DNA of 64,000 nucleotides from Candidatus Omnitrophota bacterium. Its GTDB lineage: Bacteria > Omnitrophota > Gorgyraeia > Velamenicoccales > JABMQK01. Location: NCBI GenBank assembly GCA_028711115.1, contig JAQTSV010000001.1, positions 966,032 through 1,030,031 on the forward strand, in the 5' to 3' direction. The stretch's first letter is position 1; each line of letters opens with the position of its first letter. Below are positions 47,463 through 58,041 of the stretch, one piece after another. Under the pieces are notes generated by a model. The model worked only from the letters and a program-made list of their open reading frames with translations. It was not told the origin of the DNA and did no database searches. Position numbers and translations under genes: made by a program.

Positions 47463-48035
47463 CTACTTTGATTCCGTCTGACAATATGTTTTAATTACTT
47501 GTAAATATAAAGGGATTTTAAAATAACAAAAATAAATTAAAGCAGCAATACCTATAATAGCAAATAAGCGTCTCGTCCTAATAAACCATTTGTTAGGGTA
47601 TCTTGTGACCAAAAGAGGTATCTCTCTTGCGACTCCTTGATCATAGACAATTTGACCTTCTATCGCGGTTGGAGAATAATCAACATAGTCTAAATAAGTA
47701 ATTGTTACTAGTTCTCCTGGTGCTATTGACGCTATGGTAATCGTTCTATTTGGACGATCATCTCTGGTTTTACTGATAGCGGGTACAGATACATTCAGAT
47801 AAAAAGGAATCAATCTATGCGGAATTACTATATTTGTAGCCGGAGTCTTTCCCCAATTTGTTAAATAGATAGATTGTTGCCATAAATGAATATTGGGATT
47901 GCTGGGTTGCGTTGCTGGAATGTTAAAACCTCTTATTATTTCAATATTAAAAACTACCTTTGGACCTCTATCAAAAATACGTTCGTAAAAAAACCGTATT
48001 ACATAACCAACTATTATTAAGAAAAAATCTTTCAT
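47463..48035 (-). CDS. Hypothetical membrane protein (N- and C-terminal TM segments flanking a ~140-aa domain)
   Basis: 190 aa. No recognisable motif. Visibly AT-richer than the flanking dnaE and hup. Confidence 0.5.
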   Translation of the reverse strand: MKDFFLIIVGYVIRFFYERIFDRGPKVVFNIEIIRGFNIPATQPSNPNIHLWQQSIYLTNWGKTPATNIVIPHRLIPFYLNVSVPAISKTRDDRPNRTITIASIAPGELVTITYLDYVDYSPTAIEGQIVYDQGVAREIPLLVTRYPNKWFIRTRRLFAIIGIAALIYFCYFKIPLYLQVIKTYCQTESK

Positions 48036-48092
48036 GCCGTCCTCCTATGTAGAAACTTATGAACTGTTACCTCTGTTCTAAATTCATCTTAT

Positions 48093-51000
48093 CTATATCG
48101 CCAACGAAATCTGTTCCTCGCCTAAAAGTTCGCTCAATTCCTTAATCAAAGTCTCGTTGGATGAAACGAATAATTGGCTGCCCACTAAAACCTTGACTCT
48201 TTCTTTCTGCGGCGTGTGGAAGTGCAAATAGACCGGAATCTGTCCGGGATGGCTGGCTAATTTTTCTTTCACAGACTCAAGCATACTTTCCCTGGCCTGG
48301 GGAAGTTTGATATTTATGGCGGTGACTAAATTATATGCCTCTTCCACGGGAAGAATTGTATTGGCAATGATTTTCGGCCGGTCTTCTTTCAAATCCAATC
48401 TTCCTTTTAAGAATACGACATTGTTGGCTGCGATATACTGCGAGCTCTGGCGAAATGCTGCAGGAAATACCAGAACCTCAGCCGTATCTTCCAAATCCTC
48501 AATCATTAAAATCGCCATTCTCTCGTTTTTGGCGCGGGTGGTGGTGTGTTTTGCCTTATTTATCAAAGCTACTAAAGAAATATCGTCTCCGTCGGCCTTT
48601 TCCTTTAAATGCGCAATGGAACATGAAGAAAACATACTCAATAAATGCGCGTAACGCGCCAGAGGATGCCCTGTGACATAAAATCCCAGATATTCTTTTT
48701 CAAAGGCAAGCAATTGAATCTCCGGCCACTCCTTTATTTTCGGCGGCTCAGGTTTTTCTCTGGCAAAACCGCCTGCGCTTTCATCGCCGTTATCAAAAAA
48801 TGAGAGCTGGCCTTTGCTGCGCTCTTTGTGCAATCGGGATGCCTGCTCCAGGCAGCTGTCGAGCATACTCATCAGCTGGCTGCGGTATAATCCAAAGCTG
48901 TCAAATGCTCCGCATTTAATCAGACTCTCCATAACCTTTCGGTTGCAAACTCGTAAATCAACTCTTTCGCAGAAATCGAAGAAATCCTTGAACTCAACAC
49001 CGCTTTTCCTTGCTTCCACAATTGAATCTATAGCGGTCTGGCCCACATTTTTAATTGCCAGCAATCCGAAGCGTATGGAATTCTTATCCTCCACCGTAAA
49101 TTTGGCAAAACTTTTGCGCACATCTGCGGTAAGAATTTTTATGTTCATACGATTGGATTCGCTGACGTATTCCACAACTTTATCGGTATTTTCTTTTTCG
49201 CTGGTGAGAAGCGCTGTCATAAATTCCACAGGATAATTTGCCTTAAGATAGGCGGTGCGGTAAGAAATAAGAGCATAGGCTGCGCTGTGGCTGCGGTTAA
49301 ATCCGTAACCGGAAAAATAAACCACCAGGTCAAATATTTTTGATGAAACTTTTTCGCTCACTCCGTTTTTGGCACAGCCTTCCATAAATTTTTTGCGCTG
49401 CTGCTCCATTACCTCAGGAATCTTCTTTGCCATTGCGCGGCGCAATAAATCTGCTTCGGATAAACTGAATCCCGCCACCTGCGAGGCAATATGCATAACC
49501 TGTTCCTGATAAACGATTATTCCGTAGGTCTCTTTTAAAATCGGTTCAAGCTTGGGATGGTCGTATTTAATCACGCCGCGGCCGTGTTTACGCTGGATAA
49601 AATCATCCAACATTCCCGAGCCGATTGGGCCGGGACGGTATAAAGCCAAAAGCGCAATCAAATCCTCAAATTTCGACGTCTCCAGTTTGCGCAGCAAATC
49701 GCGCATTCCCGAGCTTTCCAATTGGAACACTCCCATTGTCTGGGCGCTGGCCAATAATTTAAAAGTCGCGGCATCATCCAAGGCTATTGTGGAGATATCG
49801 ATTTTCTTTGCCTGCGTGCGCTCTATAATTTTAACAGTTTCGCTGATGACTGTGAGCGTGCGCAGCCCCAGAAAATCCATTTTCAGTAAACCGATTTTTT
49901 CCAGAGGAAACATAGAATAACCGGTGGTAATCTGGTCATCCTGGGTTTTGCACAACGGAACATAATCGGTGAGTTTTGTGTCGGCAATAACAACGCCAGC
50001 TGCGTGAATTGAGGCGTGGCGCGTCAGTCCTTCCAGAATCATCGCTGTATCCACCAATTTTTTTATTTCAGGATTGGTGGTATACATTGTGCGTATTTCC
50101 TGTTCGTTTGCCAGAGAATCCATTAAAGTAATATTTGGATCCGGCGGAATAGACTTGGCAATTCTGTCCACTTCCTGATAAGGCATGCCCATAACTCTGC
50201 CCACATCTCTTATGGCAGCTCTGGCCTGCATCGTCCCGAATGTAATAATCTGGGCCACGTTTTCTTTGCCGTATTTATTGGCTACGTAATCAATTACTTC
50301 CTGGCGGCGTTCGTAACAGAAATCAATATCTATATCAGGCAGGCTTAATCTGTCAGGATTTAAAAATCTTTCAAACAATAAACCGTATCTTAAAGGATCG
50401 ATATCCGTAATGCCCAATAGGAAACTCACCAGACTTCCGGCTGCCGAACCGCGGCCCGGGCCGACCGGTATTCCTTTACTCTTTGCATAATGGATAAAAT
50501 CCCAGACAATCAGAAAGTAACTGGTAAATCCCATGCTCTTAATGACGCTGATTTCGTGTTCTAATCTATTTTTGATTTCCGGGCTTACTTGTTTAAAACG
50601 CCTGGTTAATCCTTCGCGGCAGAGGTTCATCAGGAATTCATCTTTATCCTGATTGTCCGGAGGATGGTATTTGGGCAGATGAATCTGTGAGAAATCCAGT
50701 TCCAGATTGCACTTGTTTGTAATTTCTATGGTGTTGGCTATGGCCTGGGGCAATTCTTTGAACAACTGTTTCATCTCGTTGGGATCTTTGAAGTAGAATT
50801 CATCAGTCTGAAAACGCATGTGCTGTGGGTCGGTGAGAATAGCCTGTGTCTGAATGCATAAAAGCGCTTCGTGGGCGCGGGCGTGTTCTTTCTTCAAATA
50901 GTGGGTATCGTTTGTGGCCACGATGGGCAGGTTTAATTCCTGGCTTATCTTAAGCAGCCCCTGGTTTACTTTTGTCTGTTCCTGTATTTTATTTTCCTGC

Positions 51001-51533
51001 AGCTCTAAATAAAAATCTCCTTTATCAAAAATATGGCTGAATTCATCGGCTGCCTTTATGGCCTCGTTAATTTTATCCTCCTGGATAAGACAGGCAAGCT
51101 CGCCTTTTAAACAGGCAGACAAACCAACCAATCCTTTGGAGTGCTGGGCAAGCACTTCCTTATCAATCCTGGGCCGGTAATAAAATCCCTCCAGATAGCC
51201 TATGGTAATAAGCTTCATCAGATTTTTATAACCGGTTTCATCTTTGGCCAATAATATAAAGTGGTTGGATGAATCCTGAATGCCGTTGACTGATTTTTTA
51301 AGCCTGGACTCCGGCGCAATATAAACCTCGCAGCCGATAATCGGCTTTATGCCCATCTTCTGGCAGTTCAGATAAAAATCAATGGCACCGAACATATTAC
51401 CGTGGTCGGTAATAGCCAGTGCCGGCATTTTAAAACTCTGTGTTAATTTGATAAGCTCTTCTATCTGGCAGGCGCCGTCGAGGAGGCTGTACTGGGTATG
51501 CACATGTAAATGCACAAAATCGGAGTGAACCAT
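48093..51533 (-). CDS. dnaE: DNA polymerase III alpha subunit
   Basis: 1146 aa. PHP N-terminus (FVHLHVHTQYSLLDGA), PDIDIDF, GLLKMDFLGLRTL, OB-fold C-terminus. Confidence 0.95.
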   Translation of the reverse strand: MVHSDFVHLHVHTQYSLLDGACQIEELIKLTQSFKMPALAITDHGNMFGAIDFYLNCQKMGIKPIIGCEVYIAPESRLKKSVNGIQDSSNHFILLAKDETGYKNLMKLITIGYLEGFYYRPRIDKEVLAQHSKGLVGLSACLKGELACLIQEDKINEAIKAADEFSHIFDKGDFYLELQENKIQEQTKVNQGLLKISQELNLPIVATNDTHYLKKEHARAHEALLCIQTQAILTDPQHMRFQTDEFYFKDPNEMKQLFKELPQAIANTIEITNKCNLELDFSQIHLPKYHPPDNQDKDEFLMNLCREGLTRRFKQVSPEIKNRLEHEISVIKSMGFTSYFLIVWDFIHYAKSKGIPVGPGRGSAAGSLVSFLLGITDIDPLRYGLLFERFLNPDRLSLPDIDIDFCYERRQEVIDYVANKYGKENVAQIITFGTMQARAAIRDVGRVMGMPYQEVDRIAKSIPPDPNITLMDSLANEQEIRTMYTTNPEIKKLVDTAMILEGLTRHASIHAAGVVIADTKLTDYVPLCKTQDDQITTGYSMFPLEKIGLLKMDFLGLRTLTVISETVKIIERTQAKKIDISTIALDDAATFKLLASAQTMGVFQLESSGMRDLLRKLETSKFEDLIALLALYRPGPIGSGMLDDFIQRKHGRGVIKYDHPKLEPILKETYGIIVYQEQVMHIASQVAGFSLSEADLLRRAMAKKIPEVMEQQRKKFMEGCAKNGVSEKVSSKIFDLVVYFSGYGFNRSHSAAYALISYRTAYLKANYPVEFMTALLTSEKENTDKVVEYVSESNRMNIKILTADVRKSFAKFTVEDKNSIRFGLLAIKNVGQTAIDSIVEARKSGVEFKDFFDFCERVDLRVCNRKVMESLIKCGAFDSFGLYRSQLMSMLDSCLEQASRLHKERSKGQLSFFDNGDESAGGFAREKPEPPKIKEWPEIQLLAFEKEYLGFYVTGHPLARYAHLLSMFSSCSIAHLKEKADGDDISLVALINKAKHTTTRAKNERMAILMIEDLEDTAEVLVFPAAFRQSSQYIAANNVVFLKGRLDLKEDRPKIIANTILPVEEAYNLVTAINIKLPQARESMLESVKEKLASHPGQIPVYLHFHTPQKERVKVLVGSQLFVSSNETLIKELSELLGEEQISLAI

Positions 51534-51547
51534 AAAATCGTTATTGG

Positions 51548-51579
51548 TTAAACGCTATAACGCAATAACGCTATAACGC
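51548..51579. repeat. 4 x 8-bp tandem repeat (WWAAACGC-type) between guaA and dnaE
   Basis: ttaaacgc tataacgc aataacgc tataacgc. Lies 15-46 nt upstream of the dnaE ATG. Confidence 0.8.
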
Positions 51580-51588
51580 AAAACTATA

Positions 51589-53130
51589 TTATTCCCATTC
51601 AATCGTTGCGGGCGGCTTGGAACTTATATCGTAGACAACGCGGTTTACGCCTTTGACTTCATTTATAATGCGATTGGATATTTTTTCTAAAACCTCATAA
51701 GGTATCTTTGCCCAGTCTGCTGTCATGCCGTCTGAGCTGACCACGCATCTTAGGGCTACCACATTTTCATAAGTGCGCTCATCGCCCATAACGCCCACAG
51801 TTTTAATCGGCAATAACACTGCAAAAGACTGCCACAATTGGTCGTAAAGTTTTGCCTTGGTGATTTCCGCCAAAACAACTTCTTCGGCTTCCCTTAAAAT
51901 GCGCAGCCTCTCGGAATCAACCTCGCCAATTATCCTGATTGCCAATCCCGGGCCGGGGAACGGCTGGCGGGAAATTATGGAATCAGGCAAACCTAATTCT
52001 TTGGCGATTTCCCTGGCTTCATCTTTGAATAATTCCTTAAGAGGTTCAATCAGCTTGAGCCTCATCTTCAGAGGAAGGCCGCCCACATTGTGATGGGTCT
52101 TTATCTTTGCCGAAGGAGAACCTGTAGCGGAGACAGACTCGATTACATCAGGATATAATGTGCCCTGCGCCAGAAACTCCACATTCTTTATCTTGGCAGC
52201 CCTCTCTTCGAATATCTTTATAAATTCATTGCCGATAATTTTTCTCTTCTGCTCCGGATCGGTTACGCCTTTTAACCTGTTGAGAAACCTTGTAGAGGCA
52301 TCCACGCATTCCAGATTCATTTTGAAATTAATTTTGAATATTCTTTTAACCTGCTCTGCCTCGTCTTTTCTCAGCAATCCGTTATCCACAAAAATACATC
52401 TTAAGTTTTTTCCGATTGCGCGGTGCACCAAAACAGCCGTGACAGATGAATCCACTCCGCCGCTCAATCCGCATACCACTTTTCCTTTTCTCACTGCTTC
52501 TTTTATGCGCTTCTCCGCCTGTCTTATAAAAGAGGCTATCTGCCAGCTGGGCGCACAACCGCATACGCGGTATAAAAAGTTGGCTATAATTTTATCGCCC
52601 TTGGAGGTGTGCACGACTTCAGGATGAAACTGCACGCCAAAAACATTTCTCTGTTTATTGGCAAATGAGGCTATCTGTGTATTCAATGTGTGGGCCAATA
52701 CGGAAAATCCTTTGGGTAGTTTGGAAACATAATCTCCGTGGCTCATCCAGCAGGTGAGATTTCCCGGCAGATTGGTAAAAATATCCGAGTGGTCATCTAA
52801 AAATAATTCTGCCCTGCCGAATTCCCTGTCTCTGGTATTTTTTACTTTGCCGCCGAAATACTCGGCGATTAACTGCATTCCGTAACATATGCCTAAAACA
52901 GGAATGCCCAGTTTAAATATTTTTGCATCCATCTTGGGGCTGCCTTTTGCGGTTACGCTGGCAGGCCCGCCGGAAAGAATCAAGCCCTTAGGGGCAATTT
53001 CCTTTATTTCACTTGCGGAAATATCGTGCGGGACAATCCTGCTGTAAACGCGGCCTTCGCGCACCCTGCGCGCGATTAACTGTGAATATTGCGAACCAAA
53101 ATCAAGAATTAAAATTATGTCTTTATACAT
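51589..53130 (-). CDS. guaA: GMP synthase (glutamine-hydrolysing)
   Basis: 513 aa. GATase (GICYGMQ, HPE), SGGVDSS PP-loop, C-terminal PPATIEWE. Confidence 0.95.
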   Translation of the reverse strand: MYKDIILILDFGSQYSQLIARRVREGRVYSRIVPHDISASEIKEIAPKGLILSGGPASVTAKGSPKMDAKIFKLGIPVLGICYGMQLIAEYFGGKVKNTRDREFGRAELFLDDHSDIFTNLPGNLTCWMSHGDYVSKLPKGFSVLAHTLNTQIASFANKQRNVFGVQFHPEVVHTSKGDKIIANFLYRVCGCAPSWQIASFIRQAEKRIKEAVRKGKVVCGLSGGVDSSVTAVLVHRAIGKNLRCIFVDNGLLRKDEAEQVKRIFKINFKMNLECVDASTRFLNRLKGVTDPEQKRKIIGNEFIKIFEERAAKIKNVEFLAQGTLYPDVIESVSATGSPSAKIKTHHNVGGLPLKMRLKLIEPLKELFKDEAREIAKELGLPDSIISRQPFPGPGLAIRIIGEVDSERLRILREAEEVVLAEITKAKLYDQLWQSFAVLLPIKTVGVMGDERTYENVVALRCVVSSDGMTADWAKIPYEVLEKISNRIINEVKGVNRVVYDISSKPPATIEWE

Positions 53131-53131
53131 T

Positions 53132-54292
53132 TTATTTTCCCATCCCCACTCTTTGTACTACCTGGAATATTTTTCCTTCTGTCTGAATCGAAGGCGCAAT
53201 GATAATTTCTGTAAAATGCATATCTTTGATTGTCCTGGCTCCCAGGCAACCCATAGATGTCATTAAAGCCCCCATTAAATTCTGCGAGCCGTCATCAACT
53301 TTTGCCGGTCCGAAAAGTATTTCTTCTAATGTCCCTGCTGTGCCTACGTGAATCCTTGTGCCTCTGGGTAAATTTACGTGCGATGTGGCCATACCCCAGT
53401 GATAACCTCTGCCCGGCGCTTCTTTTGCGCGCGCGAATGCAGAACCCACCATCACCGCGTCAGCGTTTGCGGCAAATGCCTTGCAGATATCTCCGGCAGT
53501 GCGCATTCCTCCGTCGGTGATTATAGGAACGTATTTTCCTGTTCTTTTATAAAAATAATCCCTGGCTGCGGCGGTATCCAAAGTAGCGGTGACCTGCGGC
53601 ACGCCTATGCCTAAGACGCCGCGCGTGGTACATGCTGCCCCGGGACCGATTCCTACTAAAAGCCCTGCGCAACCTGTATGCATCAATTCCAGAGCCACTT
53701 CATAAGTAACGCAATTGCCGATAACCACCGGCACCTTCATTGTCTTGCAGAATCTGGATAAATCCAATGCCTTGTATTCGTTGGAAATATGCTGCGTGCT
53801 GGTGACTGTGGACTGCACTACAAATAAATCCACGCCTGCATCCTGTGCGATTTTTCCGAAACGCTCTGCATTCTGGGGAATACAGCTTACCATAGCAGAT
53901 GCTTTATGTTTTTTGATTTCCTGGATTCTTTTGGAGATAAGTTTTTCTTTGACCGGCTTAAGATAAATACTCTGGACCAATTCTGTGGCTTTCTGCGGGC
54001 TGGCCTTGGCGATTTTATCCAGGACTTCTCCGGGATTATCATACCGTGTCTGGACGCCGTCAAGATTTAATACCGCGATTCCGCCGAGCTTTCCCATAGC
54101 CACGGCAAAATCCACATCCACTACGCCGTCCATGGCTGCAGCTAAAATCGGCACCTTAAATCTCTTGCCGTCAATAACCCAGGAAGTATCCACCTCGTTG
54201 GGATTTATGGTCTTCATTCCGGGGACTAATGCCACTTCATCAAAACCATAGCACCTGCGGGCTTTTCTGTTAATTCCGATAAATTCTGCCAT
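53132..54292 (-). CDS. IMP dehydrogenase family protein without CBS pair (GuaB3-like)
   Basis: 386 aa. [20 protein letters not shown] catalytic-loop-like motif with Cys, and ITDGGMR. The region where the CBS/Bateman insert sits in canonical IMPDH is short. Confidence 0.75.
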   Translation of the reverse strand: MAEFIGINRKARRCYGFDEVALVPGMKTINPNEVDTSWVIDGKRFKVPILAAAMDGVVDVDFAVAMGKLGGIAVLNLDGVQTRYDNPGEVLDKIAKASPQKATELVQSIYLKPVKEKLISKRIQEIKKHKASAMVSCIPQNAERFGKIAQDAGVDLFVVQSTVTSTQHISNEYKALDLSRFCKTMKVPVVIGNCVTYEVALELMHTGCAGLLVGIGPGAACTTRGVLGIGVPQVTATLDTAAARDYFYKRTGKYVPIITDGGMRTAGDICKAFAANADAVMVGSAFARAKEAPGRGYHWGMATSHVNLPRGTRIHVGTAGTLEEILFGPAKVDDGSQNLMGALMTSMGCLGARTIKDMHFTEIIIAPSIQTEGKIFQVVQRVGMGK

Positions 54293-54342
54293 AGATTTAT
54301 CTCCTTATTTATGAAGTTTATTCGGTAGGATAGTAAAGTCTA

Positions 54343-54371
54343 ATGATACAGAATATTGTTTTATTTGTCAA
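54343..54371 (-). promoter_or_regulatory. Putative promoter for guaB3-guaA-dnaE (TTGACA-17-TATCAT)
   Basis: Minus strand reads atatTGACAaataaaacaatattctgTATCATtag. -35 = 54371..54366, -10 = 54348..54343. Confidence 0.4.
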
Positions 54372-54400
54372 TATTAATTATATATCTTATATAAATATTT

Positions 54401-54422
54401 AAGGCCAGATTTCTCTGGCCTT
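54401..54422 (-). terminator. Hairpin downstream of groEL (terminator-like)
   Basis: AAGGCCAG-atttct-CTGGCCTT, 46 nt after the groEL stop. Flanked by A/T-rich sequence but with no clean U run. Confidence 0.45.
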
Positions 54423-54467
54423 AAATATACAGCTATTTATTAAGTTTGCGCTTTTGAGCACAACTTA

Positions 54468-56120
<1,653 letters not shown>

Positions 56121-56177
56121 TTAATGAACACATCACTTATGGAACAAAGTGAACATAAGTGATAGGTGTGAATTAAT

Positions 56178-56211
56178 CCCCCCTGCTTTCTTGCGAAAGC
56201 AAGAAGGGGGG
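56178..56211 (-). other. Bulged GC-clamped hairpin with GAAA/TTTC tetraloop in the groES-groEL spacer
   Basis: Plus strand: CCCCCC-tgct-TTCTTGC-gaaa-GCAAGAA-GGGGGG. Confidence 0.6.
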
Positions 56212-56279
56212 ATAAGTTCGGACTGATAAGTTATGTCGCATAAATTTTCAATATAAGTCTCCATAACTTATGTCCTCAC

Positions 56280-56573
56280 TTATTTCTTTTTTATAATCGC
56301 TAAAATATCTTCTGCCTTGACAAATAAATATTCGTCGCCATCCTTGGTGATTTCTGTGCCGGAATATTTTCCGTATAAAACGATGTCGCCAACCTTGACT
56401 TCCAAAGGCTCCACCTTACCGCTCTCTAAAAGTTTTCCTTTGCCTACTGCCACAACCTGGCCTTCCTGTGGTTTTTCTTTGGCTGTATCCGGTAAAAGTA
56501 TTCCGCCTTTTGTCTTCTCTTCTGCCTCTAAAGGCTTAATGAGAATTCTGTCGCCTAATGGTTGAATATTCAT
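56280..56573 (-). CDS. groS: Co-chaperonin GroES
   Basis: 97 aa from ATG 56573 ([14 protein letters not shown]...) behind a GGGAGGTG SD. The track's 118-aa version runs through the CIRCE operator and is rejected. Confidence 0.95.
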   Translation of the reverse strand: MNIQPLGDRILIKPLEAEEKTKGGILLPDTAKEKPQEGQVVAVGKGKLLESGKVEPLEVKVGDIVLYGKYSGTEITKDGDEYLFVKAEDILAIIKKK

Positions 56574-56629
56574 TAAAACACCTCCCGTTAACTTGTTTGT
56601 TTTAATCTCTTTATGATGATACTGCTGAA

Positions 56630-56656
56630 TTGGCACTCTTTATTTGGGAGTGCTAA
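56630..56656. promoter_or_regulatory. CIRCE operator (HrcA-binding inverted repeat)
   Basis: TTGGCACTC-tttatttgg-GAGTGCTAA, versus consensus TTAGCACTC-N9-GAGTGCTAA. Confidence 0.9.
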
Positions 56657-56684
56657 TTATAAATAAATTTAGAAATCTTGTCAA
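56656..56684 (-). promoter_or_regulatory. Consensus sigma70 promoter of groES (TTGACA-17-TATAAT)
   Basis: Minus strand reads cccTTGACAagatttctaaatttattTATAATtagcactc. The -10 abuts CIRCE. Confidence 0.8.
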
Positions 56685-56716
56685 GGGAAATTTTCATTAA
56701 TGAAAATTTCCCTTGA
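56681..56716. terminator. 36-bp perfect palindrome (probable terminator of the uvrB-pilZ-coaX unit) overlapping the groES -35
   Basis: TCAAGGGAAATTTTCATT|AATGAAAATTTCCCTTGA. Begins 25 nt after the coaX stop. Confidence 0.5.
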
Positions 56717-56740
56717 TTCTGAGGCAATGTGCCGAAGAAT

Positions 56741-57550
56741 CTACCCCAACATCCTCAATCCTAGAAGCGTAAGATTTGGACGGACGATTTTAACCCTGCG
56801 GGAATACTGTTTGATAAAATTAACGTTGCCGCCTGTGGCAATAACTTTATATCCCTTGAACTTCCTGAGCAACCTTTCAATTACCTCGTCGCAGACTCCT
56901 GCCATTCCGAACACAATTCCGTTATTCATACTGGAAATCGTATCTTTGCCGATTAGATTTTTCGGCTTTCTGATTTTAATGCGCGGAAGTAACGCTGTTT
57001 TGTAATACAAGGCATCCAGAGATAAATCCAATCCGGGGAATATCAATCCGCCGAGGTATTCTTTATTTTTGGAAACCACGTCGAATGTAACCGCTGTTCC
57101 GAAATCAACCAGGATTAAACCTTTGCCGAACAATTTTAATCCTGCATAAGCATTGACCAACCTATCCTGGCCAACCTGTTTGGGATTTTTATACTTATTT
57201 ATAATGGGAACTTTGACATTTTTTCCCACCACAGAAACTTTCTTCTTAAAAATTCCTGCGAGCAGATTTTTCAAAACGTTGGTCTTCTCCGGCACAACGC
57301 TGCAGATAATAATCTTATCAACCCATTCGACTCCTGCTGATTTAAAAGCTGACCGTCGCTCAGGGTTGATGCTGAGCGAAGTCGAAGCATCAATCTTCTT
57401 TTTACCCAACGCTCGTAAAATACTTTTCTTATAAAATTCCCTGCTTTTATTGTGCGTAGGAAGTTTGAAATTCAAAACGAGACGCTTGCCTTTGAACAAT
57501 CCAAAAGCAATAGTTGTATTACCTATATCTATGGCCAATAACTGTGACAT
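56741..57550 (-). CDS. coaX: Type III pantothenate kinase
   Basis: 269 aa. LAIDIGNTT N-terminus, VDFGTAVTFD, and GGN near the C-terminus. Confidence 0.85.
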   Translation of the reverse strand: MSQLLAIDIGNTTIAFGLFKGKRLVLNFKLPTHNKSREFYKKSILRALGKKKIDASTSLSINPERRSAFKSAGVEWVDKIIICSVVPEKTNVLKNLLAGIFKKKVSVVGKNVKVPIINKYKNPKQVGQDRLVNAYAGLKLFGKGLILVDFGTAVTFDVVSKNKEYLGGLIFPGLDLSLDALYYKTALLPRIKIRKPKNLIGKDTISSMNNGIVFGMAGVCDEVIERLLRKFKGYKVIATGGNVNFIKQYSRRVKIVRPNLTLLGLRMLG

Positions 57551-57552
57551 AT

Positions 57553-58038
57553 TTAAGTCGCCACCCGCCTTTCTGCGAGCCTCCTGAAACTTCCGAAAAA
57601 CGATTCCAATACCGGGCTCCAGATAATCTGATTTGCGCCGTCGTGGTATGTAGAGCCGAGCACGGCCTTGCCGTTTACATTGGTTAACTTTACACCGGTT
57701 TCAAATTTAAGATCGTCTTTTTGGCCTGATGATTCCTGGCACCACCTTACCTCGCCCTGCATAGTAATCGGCTCTTTTGCGTCGGGCAGATACACGTATA
57801 AATTGAGAAAATCCCCTTTTTTCAATTCCCTGGTGGAGATAAAACATAAACCTTCTACGCTCACGTTCTTGGTCATCGCGGAAAGTTTCTCTGAAAGAGT
57901 TTTATCGTGTTTGTCTTTATCTAAAATCTGAAATTTAAGCCTAGCCATTACCTGATAACTAACATTAAAATAAACCTTTGCCTCAACCGGGTAACGCTCG
58001 TGCCTTCTCTGCTCATTCTCCTTGCTGGGATTATTCAT
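57553..58038 (-). CDS. PilZ-domain protein (putative c-di-GMP receptor)
   Basis: 161 aa. RRHERYPV (RxxxR) and NVSVEGLCF (D/NxSxxG) motifs. Confidence 0.75.
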   Translation of the reverse strand: MNNPSKENEQRRHERYPVEAKVYFNVSYQVMARLKFQILDKDKHDKTLSEKLSAMTKNVSVEGLCFISTRELKKGDFLNLYVYLPDAKEPITMQGEVRWCQESSGQKDDLKFETGVKLTNVNGKAVLGSTYHDGANQIIWSPVLESFFGSFRRLAERRVAT

Positions 58039-58041
58039 AGA

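Noticed and set aside
56574-56636. 21-codon N-terminal extension of GroES in the ORF track ([21 protein letters not shown]).
   Set aside because: It reads through the CIRCE operator and begins just downstream of the promoter -10. The internal ATG at 56573 has a GGGAGGTG SD and gives the canonical MNIQPLGDR start.
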